Source of the DNA: the human T2T-CHM13v2.0 reference genome, Homo sapiens
Direction: 5' to 3' (one strand)
Assembly: GCF_009914755.1 (NCBI RefSeq)
Contig: NC_060928.1
Length of the DNA: 64,000 nucleotides
Made by a program: the position numbers and the translations under genes. The first letter of the stretch is position 1, and every line of letters starts with the position of its first letter. The notes beneath the pieces were generated by a model. The model saw only the letters and a program-made list of their open reading frames with translations, did not search any database and had not been told where the DNA came from. Positions 25,999-41,605 of the stretch are shown here, one piece after another.

Positions 25999-27142
25999 TT
26001 CCTAAATTACCAATTCAGCCAATAGAAAATAACAACTTTTTCTTAGTTCAAGTTCCCAGGGAAGAGACTACCTACCCTGGTTGGAGTCAGGTACCCATTC
26101 CTGGATAGCTGACCATGGCCACGTGATCACACTGCATGATGGTTACTCCTGCTGTATCCATGCTGTATCCTGCTGTAAGATGAAAGGGTACAAGAGAGAC
26201 AACTATAGCAGCCCATTCCAAAAAAGTGTTTGGATAGACCAGTGCTGAATACCTAAGAGGCTGTTCACATCTGGGCATATAAATACCACAGAAGTCATTG
26301 AAAGTGTCTGTTTTCAGGGTTGTATTATGTTTGCTTCTTCTATGTCCAAAAGTGGCACCTAGAAAGGTCACTTTTTATATTATCATCTCTGGTTGTAAAA
26401 ACCAGAAAATGCAGGCAGTATGAGGTTAACCACCAAATCCAAGTGGTCGTAAACTTACAGAAGAGACAAATCAAAGCCCAAGTCATGACTTATAAACTAC
26501 CCAGGGCTCTACCCCTAAACCTGGGTTAATTTTTTCCTGTGGATGTGGCTATTTGAGGGACTCAGCTTTATTTACTCATCTCAGCTGCAACTCTTTGCTT
26601 CTGTATGCATCCTTTGGCCTGTCCTGTATGGTCATTAAGAGACAAGGCCTTTAGTTCACAAAACCCTCCAGGTTACCATGGTGCCAACTTATCAGTTTAA
26701 ACCTGAAGTCAATAAAGTGTATGGAAATCTCATATAAACACCACTTATTAAATACGGTTTGCATTTAATGTCAGGAACTTTAAATTGTAATAAAGTCTCA
26801 AATCATTTTACCCTTTTATCCTGTTTTTACTTGTTGGTTATAATCATTCTAAAGATACAGGGTTTTCTTTGGCTTTTCATGAAGCTAAACTATTTCAGGG
26901 ATTGCTGCATGTGAGGAGATAATCTAAATCTCATGTCTTCAGGAACATGGCTAGGACTGTTCTACAGTAAGATATTCCCCTAGGATTTTTGCCTACACTG
27001 AGACAAATGTACATTATAATGTATACTCAAATGAGAGCACATTCAAGAATCTTCACCAAATGGGATTCACTTCCAAAATCACTAATGTCATGAAATAAGA
27101 AGAAAAAACTACCAGAATGAGGAGTTATAACATATAAGCAAA

Positions 27143-27432
27143 AGCCAGCATGGTGGCTCATGACTGTAATCCCAGAATTTTGGGAGTCCAAGGCAGGACG
27201 ATTACTAGAGGCATGGAGTTTGAGACCAACCTAGGCAACATAGCAAGACCCTATCTCTACAAAAAAATTTAAAAATTACCCAGGGGCAGTAGCATATGCC
27301 TGTAGTCCCAACTACTCAGGAGGCTAAGGTGGGAGGATCACTTGAGCCCAGGATGTTGAGGCTGCAGGCAGTTGTGATCACACCACTGCACTCCAGCCTG
27401 GGTGACAGAGCAAGACCCTGTCTCAAAAAATA
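27143..27432 (+). mobile_element. AluJ followed by (CA)n(TA)n
   Basis: Dimeric Alu with J-type diagnostics. Confidence 0.9.
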
Positions 27433-27529
27433 ATATGTGCAAATATGTATGTATACACACACACACACACACACACACACTATATATATATATATTATAT
27501 ATAGATGGTAAGGGAATCTTTGGAAGGTG

Positions 27530-27653
27530 AGTAAAAACAGAAATTATGAACAAATTTAAAAAACAGTTTCTCACTGAACTTTAAGGTAAACAGAAGTAGT
27601 CTAAACAATGTTCAGAGGGCAACATATAGCTTTAGATATATGTATTTGAAAAG

Positions 27654-27709
<56 letters not shown>

Positions 27710-30700
27710 CAAAGGAAAATAATTAAAAACCTACTTTAAGAAATTAGAAAAAAACAAAAATTTAAACTCCAAAAAATGGAAAGAAGGAAATAAGAGCAAA
27801 AGGCAGTAATGGTAGAAAGCAAGCATTCCATAAAGGCCATCAACAATGCCAGCATCGCTTTTCTAAAAAGGTTAATAAAAGTAACAATTCCTTAACAATA
27901 TTCAATTTTTTAAATGAAGAACAGAACAAAACAGCATTATGAGGGATGAAAAAAGTGACATTGTCACACACTTTTAAAAGAAGAAAGAATATTATAAATA
28001 ATTTTACAACAATAAATTAACTTGGATAAAACATATTTCTTAAGAAAATAATATAACTTTCCATGACTGAACAACAAAATATAGGAAATATTTAATAGCT
28101 CGGTATCTATGAGGAAATTGAGGCTTTAAGTGAAAAGTAGCCATGAAAGAAAACTTGAGGCCCAGATGACTTCACTTAAAACTTTTCCAAATACTTAAGG
28201 AATAAATAATACCAATCTTACAAACACTCCTCCTGAGAATAGAGAATGACTAAAGCATCACAATTTATTTAATGGAGCCAGTATATTAATTGACCTAAAA
28301 CCTAATAAGGAATTAAAAGAAAATTATAGACCAACTTCTTCCATAAATGTAAATAAAAAATTTTAAAAATACACAAGCAAATCAAATCCAGTGATACATA
28401 GGAAGGATAATATTTTATGATCAAACTGTTTATTCCAGGAATGCAAGGTTAAACATTCAACTTTCACTCAATGTGCTTGACAATAGTAACAGTAAAATAG
28501 GAAAAAAAACATTTTAATAAATACAGAAAAGGCACTTAATAAAATCTAAATTCCATTCATAGTAAAAACTAAGCAAACTAAGGATAAGAAAATTTTCCTA
28601 ATATCATAAAAGGTATCTATAAAACACCTAACTCTAATATATTAAAAGGAGAAATAAAGGATGACTATTGAGGCAAAAATCTTGATCAAAATACCAGTTA
28701 AAGCATATTGAACTGATTTGACACCAAAACAACTGAGATTTATTCCTGTAATACAAGGATAGTTCAACATATGCAAATTAATGTCATAGTAACAGAATGA
28801 AAGAAAATAATGTTGTCATCTCAATTGATACAAAAAAAGTATTTAACAAAATTCAGCACTTTTTCATGATATATACTATCAACACACTAAGAACAGAAGG
28901 AAAGTATCTCAACATAATAAAGACCATATGTACAAAGCCCACAGCTAACATCATAGTGAATTGTAAAAGAATTAAAAACTTTTCCTCTAAGATCAGGAAC
29001 AAGACAAAGATTCTTGCTTTCACCACTTCTATTCAACGTAATACTGGCAGTCCTAGCCAGAGCAATTAGGCAAGAAATAAAAGGTATACAAATTGGAAAG
29101 GAAGTAAAATTACCTCTATTCAAAGATGACATGACTGTACATGGGGAAAACTCTAAATGAAATCAGCAAAGCTGCAAGGTACAAAATCAACATGCAAAAA
29201 TCAGTTGCATTTCTATATGCTAACAATGAATAATCTGAAGAGAAAATTAAGAGAGCAATCCCATTTATACTAACATCAAAAACAATAAAATAATTAGAAA
29301 TAAATTTAACCAAGGAAGTGAAAGATTTGTACACTGAAAACTGTACCACATTGATGAAAGAAACTAAAGATGACACAGATAAACATGGAAAGACATCCCT
29401 GTTAATGGATTGGAAGACTTAACATTGTTAAGATGTCATCGTTACCCAGTGATCTCTAGACTGAATGTAATTCATATCAAAATCCCAGCAGCATTTTTTA
29501 TAAAAAAGAGAAAACCCCTTCCTAAAATTCATATGGAATCTCAAGGGACTCCAAATAGCCTAAGCGATTGTTATTTGCTGAACTGTGACCACCCACAATT
29601 TGTATATTAAAGCCCTAAATCTCAGTACCTCAGAATATGACTGTATTTGGAGACAGAAACTTTAAAAGTGTGATTAAGTTAAAATGATGCCTTTAGTGTG
29701 GGCTCTAATACAATCAGAATTGTGTCCTTATAAAAAGATAAAAACTTGATACATTGAAGGACACCAGAGATGTGAGTCTACAGAGGAAAGGCCATGTGAG
29801 AACAAAGCAAGAAGGTGGTCATTTGCAAGTAAAGACAGAGGCCTCTGCAGCCAACAAGCCTGCCCACCTTGAACTTAAACTTCTGGCCTGAGCTGAGAAA
29901 ATAAATGTCTGTGGGTTAAGCCACGGAGTCTGTGATATTTTGTTATGGCAGCCTTAGCAAACTAATACAGCAATCTTGAAAAAGAAGAACAAAGTTGGAG
30001 GTCTCACACTTTCTTATTTCAAAACTTATTACAGTACTACAGTAATCAAAATAATGTGATACCGCCAGAAAGTCAGACATAGAACTTTCTTACCTCAGTC
30101 AAACTACAAAAAATAATTTAAGGCAGATTAAAGTTCTAAATGTGAGTGCTAAAACAATCAAGCTTCTAGAATGAAATACAGAGAATAACATCATAATCTT
30201 GTGGTAGACAACGATTTTTTAAACATAAGACATTAAATGCTAACCATAAGATAAAAGATTGATATACTGAACTTCATTAAAATTAAGAACTTTTATTCAA
30301 CAAAATACATTAAGAGATTTAAAAGGCAAGCCTGAGACTGGAATAAATATTTAAAACTGATATATCTGACAAAGGCCTTTTATAAGAAAAAAGACTGACA
30401 ACTCAATTTTTTTAACAAGCCTTGAACAAGCACCGAACAAAATATCCAAATGACCAATGAGCATTTGAAAAGGTACACAACATCATTAACCATCAAGAAA
30501 ATGCAAGTTACAACCAATGAAATATTATTCTGCCTCTACCAGATGGCTAATACTGGTGACGATGTGGAGTAGCTAGAATTCATACATTGCTGATGTGAGT
30601 GGTTTAACTATTTTAAACAAGTAGATGTTCTATGATCTCAGCATATATCCAAGAGAAATGAGTCCTTATGTCCACCAACAGACAAATGTAAGAATGTTCA

Positions 30701-31100
30701 GTATACAAGAATGGAAGTTTTGATAGTCAAATATTAGAATATCACAATAGAAAAAGAATGAATTCCTGCTAAACACAGTACGGATAAATATCATAGTGTT
30801 GAACAAAAGAAAACAAACACAAAAAAGATGTAAGATATACAGAGTACTATTCTACCTGTAAAGTGTGCAAACAAAAAGTAAGCTAACATATGGTGATGGA
30901 GGTTAGAATGGTGGTGACCTTTGGGGAACATATTGACTAGAGGGGGTCACAAGGGAGCTTGCTGGAGCACTGGCGATATTCTACACCTGATATAGGTGGT
31001 ACTTAAATGATTGTTAACATATGTGACAGTTCAGCAAGCCATACACATAACATATGTGCATTTTACTGTATATTAAATAATAAAACACAATTTTAAGAAA
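27530..31100 (+). mobile_element. Old L1M ORF2/3' fragments (at least two elements), with (AT)n at 27660-27706
   Basis: RT-like ISIDTKKVFNKIQHFFMI and [11 protein letters not shown]; 3'UTR-like end near 31090. Confidence 0.75.
29569..29969 (+). mobile_element. MLT1A-like solo LTR nested in L1
   Basis: TG...ACTAATACA; 5-bp TSD GCGAT/GCAAT. Confidence 0.85.
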
Positions 31101-31490
31101 CAGCTCCAAGGCCATTTATTTGCTACAAATTTAATAAATTGTAATTATAAGTTCAATGTTGCAACATTACTATGACCAAGTCAAACTTTTAGAAAATGAG
31201 CATGCCAATACAATCATTTCTAATATAAATATTATAGGCCATTATAATAGATACTACTTTTTTATTTACTTACTGAATTCTTTGCAAATATACATCAAAA
31301 TGTTGACTGTGTTAGTGGCCACAAAAAATAAATACCTAGGAATAAATTTAACTAAGGAGGTAAAAGATCTCTACAAGAAAAACTATAAAATACTGATGAA
31401 AAATATTGAAGAGGACACACCACACAAAAAAAACTGGAAGGCATGCTATGTTCTTGGACTGAAAAAATTAGTTAATTAAAATGACCATAG

Positions 31491-32327
31491 TGATAGGGAC
31501 AGGAGGCAGGAAAATTCTGGGCAGAAGAGGGCAAGTCCCCAGTGAGGGCCCTAACCTCAAGCTGAAAAACCTGGAACCGCAGCCCAAAGTGAAAATGTAC
31601 ATCCCTGCTTTCCCACTTGAATGTTACCTTTTCAAAAACCATCCATGGCCCACCCTGTCCCCCATCCTGTGCCTACAAAATCCCCAGAACTCAGCCAGCA
31701 GTGAGGAGAAGCAGCAGAATGTCAGAGTCTATGGCTGGACGTCAGAGAGAAGCAGCTTGCCTTCAGGACAGCTTGATGGCGTAGCTTCAGAAAGGAGTCC
31801 AGCCAGGACCGCCAGACTTCAGGGGAAGATTATCTTCCTGCTCCATCCCCTTTTTGGCTCCCCTTCCCGCTGAAAAAGCCACTTTCAACAGCAATAAAAT
31901 CCCTCGCATTTACCATCTTCAATTTGTTCTTGCAACCTCATTCCTCCTGGACGCCTGACAAAAACTCAGGTACCCTGAGTGCAGGTGCAAAAGGCTATCA
32001 CACTAATCCTCCACTGAGCTGTTAACACTTAAGCTGTCCACAGATGGCAGAACTAAAAGGGTAGCCTAACACTTCCTCTGGGGTTTCAGGGGTCAAAAGC
32101 ACTGCCCCCAGGCACTGCCGCAGGGCCAGTACAGGGTCTGCTCCTGCTGGCACCCAAAAGCCCTCACCCCAGCCCCTGCACTCACTCACCAGCACTCCCC
32201 ACTAGCAAGGGGTGGAGCAGCCACTGAGTGGAGCTCACCCCTGCTGGTGCCAAAGTGGCCAGCTAGTTCCAGCACCTGTGCACTCCAGGTCCCACCTACG
32301 AGGGGGTCAGGGAAATATCCTGCTTCA
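31491..32327 (+). mobile_element. LTR1-family (ERV1, HUERS-P2 type) solo LTR
   Basis: TGATAGGGACAGGAGGCAGG...ATCCTGCTTCA, AATAAA near 31893; 4-bp TSD ATAG/ATAC; L1 resumes seamlessly. Confidence 0.8.
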
Positions 32328-33407
32328 ATACTACCCAACGCGATCTACAGATTCAATCCAATCCCAATCAAAACACCAATAACACTCTTCACAGAAAATT
32401 TTTTTTAAATCCTAAAATTTGTATGGAACCAAAAAAGAGCCCAAATAACCAAAGCAATCCTGAGTAAACAGAACAAAGCTGGAGGTGTCACACTACCTGA
32501 CCTCAAAATATATTACAAGACTATAGTAATCAAAACAACATAGTATTGGTATAAAATTAGACACATAGACCAATGAAACAGAATAGAGCTTCCAGAAATA
32601 AATTTATTTATTTACAGTCAACTGATATTTGACAAATGTGCCAACAACATTTATTGAGGAAAGGACAGTCTCCTCAATATATGGTTCTGGTAAAACTGGT
32701 ATACATATGCACAAGAATGAAACTAGGTCCCTATCTCTCCCATTAATACAAAAATCAACTCAAAATGGATTAAAGACTTAAATGTAAGACCCCAAACTAT
32801 GAATCTATTATAAGAAAACTTAGAGGAAACACTTCAGGACATTGGTCTGAGATAAGACATTATAAATAAGACTTCAAAAGCACAGGCAAAAGAAGCAAAA
32901 ATAGACAAATGGGATTAAATCAAACTGAAAGCTTTTGCACATCAAAGGAAACAACCAACAGAGTGAAAAGGCAAACTACAGAATGGAAGAAAATATTAGC
33001 AAACTACTCATCTGACAAGGAGTTAATATCTAGAATATCTAAGAATATATAAGAAACTCAAAAAAAATCTGATTCAAAAAACTGGACAAATGAACTGAAT
33101 AGATATTTCTTAGAAGAAGATATAGAAACGACTAATAAGCATATGAAAAATGCTCAACATCAACATCACTAATCAGGGCAATGAAAATCAAAACCACAAT
33201 GAAGTATCATTTCACCTTAGAACGGTTATTATCAAAAAGACAAAACATAACAAATGCTGGCAAGGATGCCAAGAAAAGGGAACTCTTATAAAATGTTGGT
33301 GGGAGTGTAAACTAGTACAGCTATTATGGAGAACAGTATAAAGATTCCTCAAAAAACTACAAATAGAAGTACCATATGAGCCAGCAATCCCACTACTGGG
33401 TATATCT

Positions 33408-33794
33408 CCTAATTTGGATTTGTGTCCCCTCCCAAATCTCACCTCAAATGGTAATCTCTCGTGTTGGAGGAGGGGCCTGTGTAGGAGGTGATTGGATCAT
33501 GGGGGAGGATTTCCCCCTTGTTATTCTCATGATAGTGAGTTCTCATGAGATCTGTATTTCTCTGTTTAAAAAAGTTTGTAGCACCTCCCCCTTCTCTCTC
33601 TTCCTCCTGCTCTGGCCAGGTGAAGACGTTCCTCCTTCCTCTTACCTTTCCACCATGATTGTTAGCTTCCTGAGGTCTCCCCAGCAATGCTTTCTGTACA
33701 ATCTTTGGAACTGTGAGTCAATTAAACCTCTTTTCTTTATAAACTACCCAATCTCAGACAGTTTTTTATAGCAATGTGAGAATGAACTCATGCA
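33408..33794 (+). mobile_element. MSTA/THE1D-like solo LTR nested in L1
   Basis: TTTGGATTTGTGTCCCC...CAAATCTCA, TCAATTAAACCTCTTTTCTTTATAAA. Confidence 0.85.
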
Positions 33795-34449
33795 TATCCA
33801 AAAGAAAGGAAATGAGTATATCGAAGAAATATCTGCAACCCCATGTTTATTGCAGCACTACTCACACAATAGCCAAAATATGAAATCAACCTAAGTGCTC
33901 ATTAACATATAAATCAATAAAATATATACACATGGAACACTATTCAGCCATAAAAAAGAATGAAATCATGTCATTCACAGCAATATGGATGAGCCTGGAG
34001 GACATTATGTTGGGTAAAATAAACCAGGAACAGAAAGATCAATATCTCATGTTTCACTCATATGCCATAGCTAGGAAAGTTGATCTCAAAGAAGTAGAGT
34101 ATAGAATAGTAATTACTAGAGGATGGGAAGGGTCGGGGTGGGGGAACAGGGAAATACTGGTTAAAAGATACAAAATTACAGCTACATAGAAGAAATAAGT
34201 TGTGCTGTTCTATACCACTGTAGGGTGACTATAGTTAACAATAATGTATTATATATTTTTCAAATAGCTAGAAAACAGGACTTTGAATGTTTCCCAAAAT
34301 AAACAAATGATAAATGTTTGAGGTGATGGATGTGCTACATTACTTTCATTTGATAAATGTTTGAGGTGATGAATACTGTATGCATCAAAACATCATTATG
34401 CACCCCATAAATGTGTACAATTAGTATGTGTCAATTTTTTTAATGTTGA

Positions 34450-34612
34450 CTGTGTTAGGGTTCTCTAGAGAAAAAGAATAGTAGTTAGATACAGACACAT
34501 CGATGGAGACATAGAAGAGATTATAAGAATGTAGCGCATATGACTATGAAGGCTGAGAAGTCCTACAGTCTGCCCTCTGTAAGCTAGAAACCCAGAAAAG
34601 CTGGTGGTGTCA
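34450..34612 (-). mobile_element. MLT2 LTR fragment
   Basis: GTTAGGGTTCTCTAGAGA...GAAGGCTGAGAAGTCC...CCCAGAAAAGCTGGTGGTGT. Confidence 0.7.
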
Positions 34613-37242
34613 TAATGAGTAGTAGTGATGAGTGTAATAATGAGTCTATGTCACTTTTGTTATAGCCACCCAGGGTGACTAAGACATTGACCATCATATA
34701 ATTTTCAAACTGACTTGAAATCTAACATTTCTGGTTAGAACCAACAATCGATCTGTGCTTACATTATTCATAATGACAGACTAGATAGGAATAAAGCTCA
34801 CTGTTGTACATACTGGGAATCTATCCTGTGGCAGTGTTTATTTATGGACTGAACTATCTCCCTTTCCTTCCTATACACATAGCTAGACTATATTTCCTAA
34901 CTTCCTTTGCAATTAGGCATGGCCACAACTGCATTCTGGGCAATGGACTGTGGATACAAATGACAAAAGCCATCTCCAGGCATGATCCATAAAACCCTCC
35001 CATGTGCTAACCTCTATTGTCTGAGTAACGACCTAGAGGACAGAGCCACATAATGGCAGACGCCTGCGTGAGGAGAGCCCCTGAGGAGAGCTGCCAGCTT
35101 AGTAACATACATGCCAGATGATTATTCAGTGAGAAACTTTTGTGTTAAGCTTCAGAAATACTGCATTTTTTAAAAAATAGTAGTTTACCCAGACTCAACA
35201 TGAAAGTTTTTTCTATAGCAATAAAAATTGTCAATCATGGTTGACCACTAAATTAACATCTTTATTCAGTTGTATAAAGGAGTGGATGTCGGTAACAAAA
35301 TATCCTATTTAGTAGTGAAGCTCACAGTTTTCCTGCTGAATCTGTTCCTCAACATAGTCTTCAACCTAACTTGGTACCGTTGTCGGGGCGTATAAACCAG
35401 AGCAACTCCATCTTAAAGAGGAGCTGGGTAAAATGAGGCTGAAACCTACTGGGCTGCATTCCCAGATGGTTAAGGCATTCTAAGTCACAGGATGAGACGG
35501 GAGGTCAGCACAAAATACAGGTCAAAAAGACCCTGCTGATAAAACAGTTTGCAGTAAAGGAGCCAGCCAAAATCCACCAAAACCAAAATGGTCACGAGAG
35601 TGATCTCTGGTTGTCCTCACTGCTACAATCCCACCAGAGCCCTGACAGTTTACAAATGCCATGGCAATGTCAGGAAGTTACCCTATATGGTCTAAAAAGG
35701 GGAGGCATGAATAATCCACCCTTTGTTCAGTTTATTGTCAGAAAATAACCATAAAAACAGGCAACCAGCCCCCCTCAGGACTGCTCTGTCTATGGAGTAA
35801 CATTCTTTTATTCCTTTACTTTCTTAATAAACTTGCCTTCACTTTGAACTGCAGACTTGCCCTGAATTCTTTCTTGTGTGAGATCCTAGAACCCTCTCTT
35901 GGGGTCTGGATCAGGACCCCTTTCTGGTAATGTATTTCTGGTAACCACAGAAGGGACTATAGTGCAGAAACCCGGACCCAACAGCTCCATTTGGGTAAGT
36001 GTTCGGGTCCTGCAACATATTTCTGGTGAACCACAGAAGAGACGATATTGAGGAGACCCCTGACCCAAAGGAAGTAGACTGCAGCACTAATTGGACGACT
36101 TTGGGTAAGTGGTTGGGTACCCGGGTAAAGAATGGGATTGGGTTAGAGGCCCAACTTAGGGAAGTTAGAGACTCTCCTAAAACAGAGTGGGTTAAATGCT
36201 CCTCTCAATAAAAGGCAAGGACGCTTGACCAACCTTGGGTTAGAGGCACAACTTTGGAGGGTTAGAGTCTCTTCTAAGATTTAGGGGGTTAGAGGCCCCT
36301 CTCAGTAAAGTCCACCTTGGTTAACAACAGGTTTGGCACTACCAGATGTTAACTGCTATTCTCTTTGGATTAATCTGCCTTGTACTCTTTGCTAATGGCT
36401 GTGGGTGACAGGGTTAGGCATGTACAGGATCGTGGGACATGGGAAGCTTTTTCTTCCCTAAAAGGGGAAAGTTGAGAGCTAATAGGATTGCTGGAAAAGA
36501 TCCCTTTGCTACCAAGAAGCAGCCACCTGAACTTTTCAGTGTCGCTGCAATGGGTGGGTCTTTCTCTGGCCTCCCTGAGCATTTCACCTGTCCCACCCTA
36601 CTAGAGGCAATAATTTTCCTTCTCTCCTTTCCCGTCTTTTTTGTTATTCAGGGCAACCATCTTGCCTAGAGACCACGTGCTGAAACTCCAAGTCGGAGGT
36701 TGGATTAAAGATGAAGGGGCCCATGTGGGGCAAATGTAAGCCTTGCCAGTTTGATATTGGGTACTAAGCAGAGTGGCTAATGTCTATGTTTTATCACACG
36801 TATTTTGCTCTGGCCAGAACAAAAAAAAATAACGATTTTCCTTTACAATGTGGCTTGGCCCCCAAGGCGATGGTGCCACAAGCTGGATCATTAGTGCTGG
36901 TCAGGGAAAGGGAACCCAGAAGCCTGGCATGCCGGCAGAAGGGTAAGAATTTCTTACCAGATTTCTGGCTTCTATCTTTCTATGCAAATGGTTGAACGAA
37001 TAGAAAAAAAAATTCAGAGTGTATCTCCTCTGAGAAGTTTGTAATTAGTGTGAAAAAGAATTCTAAGGCTAGTCTTAAGCTGGTGTATTTCGTGCCACGA
37101 ATTAATTTTTCTGTGTTGAGGGGTACTTCAGGATAAAACATGGGCTTAGAATACCTGTAAGCCTGCTTTTCAAGATGACCCAGCAAGCTCATCAGTAACA
37201 AACTTGGCTGCAGGTCCCTGAAACAAATAAAAAACTAAATGA

Positions 37243-37576
<334 letters not shown>

Positions 37577-37768
37577 TTAAGTCCTTGGGAGCTTGACCTT
37601 TTAAACCACGTGGAAGTACATTCTCTCGGTCTTCGCCTTCTAAGAAACAGAAATTTTAGGGTTTATGTCATAGTTAGCTCTAAAAATCATATGACATAGT
37701 TAAAAAGTCTTTGCAAGCTCAAAATTAACTACCCTAGACTTCTTCTGGGAAAGGGAATAGAGACTGCC

Positions 37769-37841
37769 CCGTCCTGTAATTCAGTAGCTAGGGTTCTGCA
37801 CTTTAACAGTGGCGGTCCGGGTTCAATTCCCCACCTAGAAA
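37769..37841 (+). pseudogene. tRNA-Glu-derived fragment within ERV internal sequence
   Basis: 37783-37831 aligns by eye with tRNA-Glu(TTC) (AGTGGCTAGGATTCGGCGCTTTCACCGCCGCGGCCCGGGTTCGATTCCC) at about 39/49; B-box GGTTCAATTCC retained; acceptor stem decayed. Confidence 0.6.
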
Positions 37842-39163
37842 GTAAGTCATTTCTGGTTTAATATCTGTGTGACTTTGTCTATTCTCTTCCCCTCTGAGGA
37901 CTGTCTTAAATTTTCCTTTCTCTAAGCACCTAGGAGGTTATCTTTGGTAAAGTTCAGAAGCTAGAAATATTGGCCACTTGGCAAGGCTAAAGTCGGGTAA
38001 TAACACATCTGAAACAATTTCTTTTTTAAAGAGCACTATGGTTAAAAGTTAGCTTAATTAAAAGTGGATAAACTATAGATATATTTAAAAGGCCTTTATG
38101 TTTTCCTCTTCTTGGAACTTGTTTTCCTGAAAAAGGTCTTTTTCTTCTCAGTCGACTGAATGGTTTTTCTCTTTTTTTGTTTGTTGGTTTTGTCTTGCCA
38201 CTCAATGCATACATGAGAAGCTCTAAGGTAACTTCTGGTAGCCTGGGACTCCTTGGGAAAAACAGAGGAGGCACCACAGACCCCATTTTGAGAAAAAAAA
38301 AAAACTTGTTTTCCTCATGAAACCTGAGGAATTAAAAACAGATAGCTCCCTCTCAAAATCAAAGGCTGTGTTCTGTTTTGCATTGTGTTATCTGACGGTT
38401 TTGAGTTTTGGGGGTATCAAAAATTACTTTGCATTATGAGAGAGCTTTGGTATGTAACAACTAGGTAGGAAATATACTTTAAGGGATGACTAATAGTAGT
38501 TATGGAGGAATACTTAACTCTTTGCACGCTTGGATCAGAGAAGCATGCTCTTGGCCACCTGGAAGATAAGGAAACATCCCCAACCCCTGCTGGGAGATGA
38601 GACTCCCATGAGGGATGGGCTGATTACAAAATGGGCTGATTAGCTTTGGGTTGCCTTGCAATGAAATGCAGGGTAGAAGCACTGCACTGTCTTCCCCCAT
38701 AGAATTCTCTCCTTTTGGGGATCCAGGATCCAGTGTAAAATGGCACCCTTAATTTTAGGGATCTGTCTTTGCCTTCAGCTGCTTATTTGCTACTTATTTG
38801 GCCCTAGAAACACATGCTTTCCTGGCCCTGTTGCTCCAAGGGCTCCACCCTGAAGCCAGTAATACAATTAAGAAACTGGCAAATAAAGAATCTTACAAGT
38901 GGTAAATCTTCTGTCTATTTATGTGTTGTATGTTTATATGTAAAAGGGCTCTAATTAATTGGCTTTAAAAATAAGCACTTAAATATTTTGTCAGAAAAAT
39001 AGAAACTTTAATGCCTTTTTGTTCATATGACTTTAGTAATCTTTTGAAAAATAAAGACGGTTTTAAATATTATCGGTAAAATGACTTGAAAATGTAGACA
39101 TTTGGTCTAAATTAAGGTCAAATATCAGATTTGTTAAATGCTTTAAGGTCAAACTGAGTTTGA

Positions 39164-41605
<2,442 letters not shown>

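Larger units (their letters stand above)
31315..34442 (+). mobile_element. L1MA-like 3' half (ORF2 C-terminus plus 3'UTR), interrupted by LTR1 and MST
   Basis: KYLGINLTKEVKDLYKKNYK, MEHYSAIKKNEIMSF; L1MA-type 3'UTR. Confidence 0.85.

Noticed and set aside
34308-34371. 21-bp direct repeat TGATAAATGTTTGAGGTGATG
   Set aside because: Only two copies inside an L1 3'UTR; a local duplication, not an array.
35690-35720. Interferon-inducible STAT1 (GAS) enhancer known for MER41B
   Set aside because: Both LTRs read AAAAAGGGGA(G/A)GCATGAATAATCC and lack the tandem TTCNNNGAA insert; they are MER41A type.
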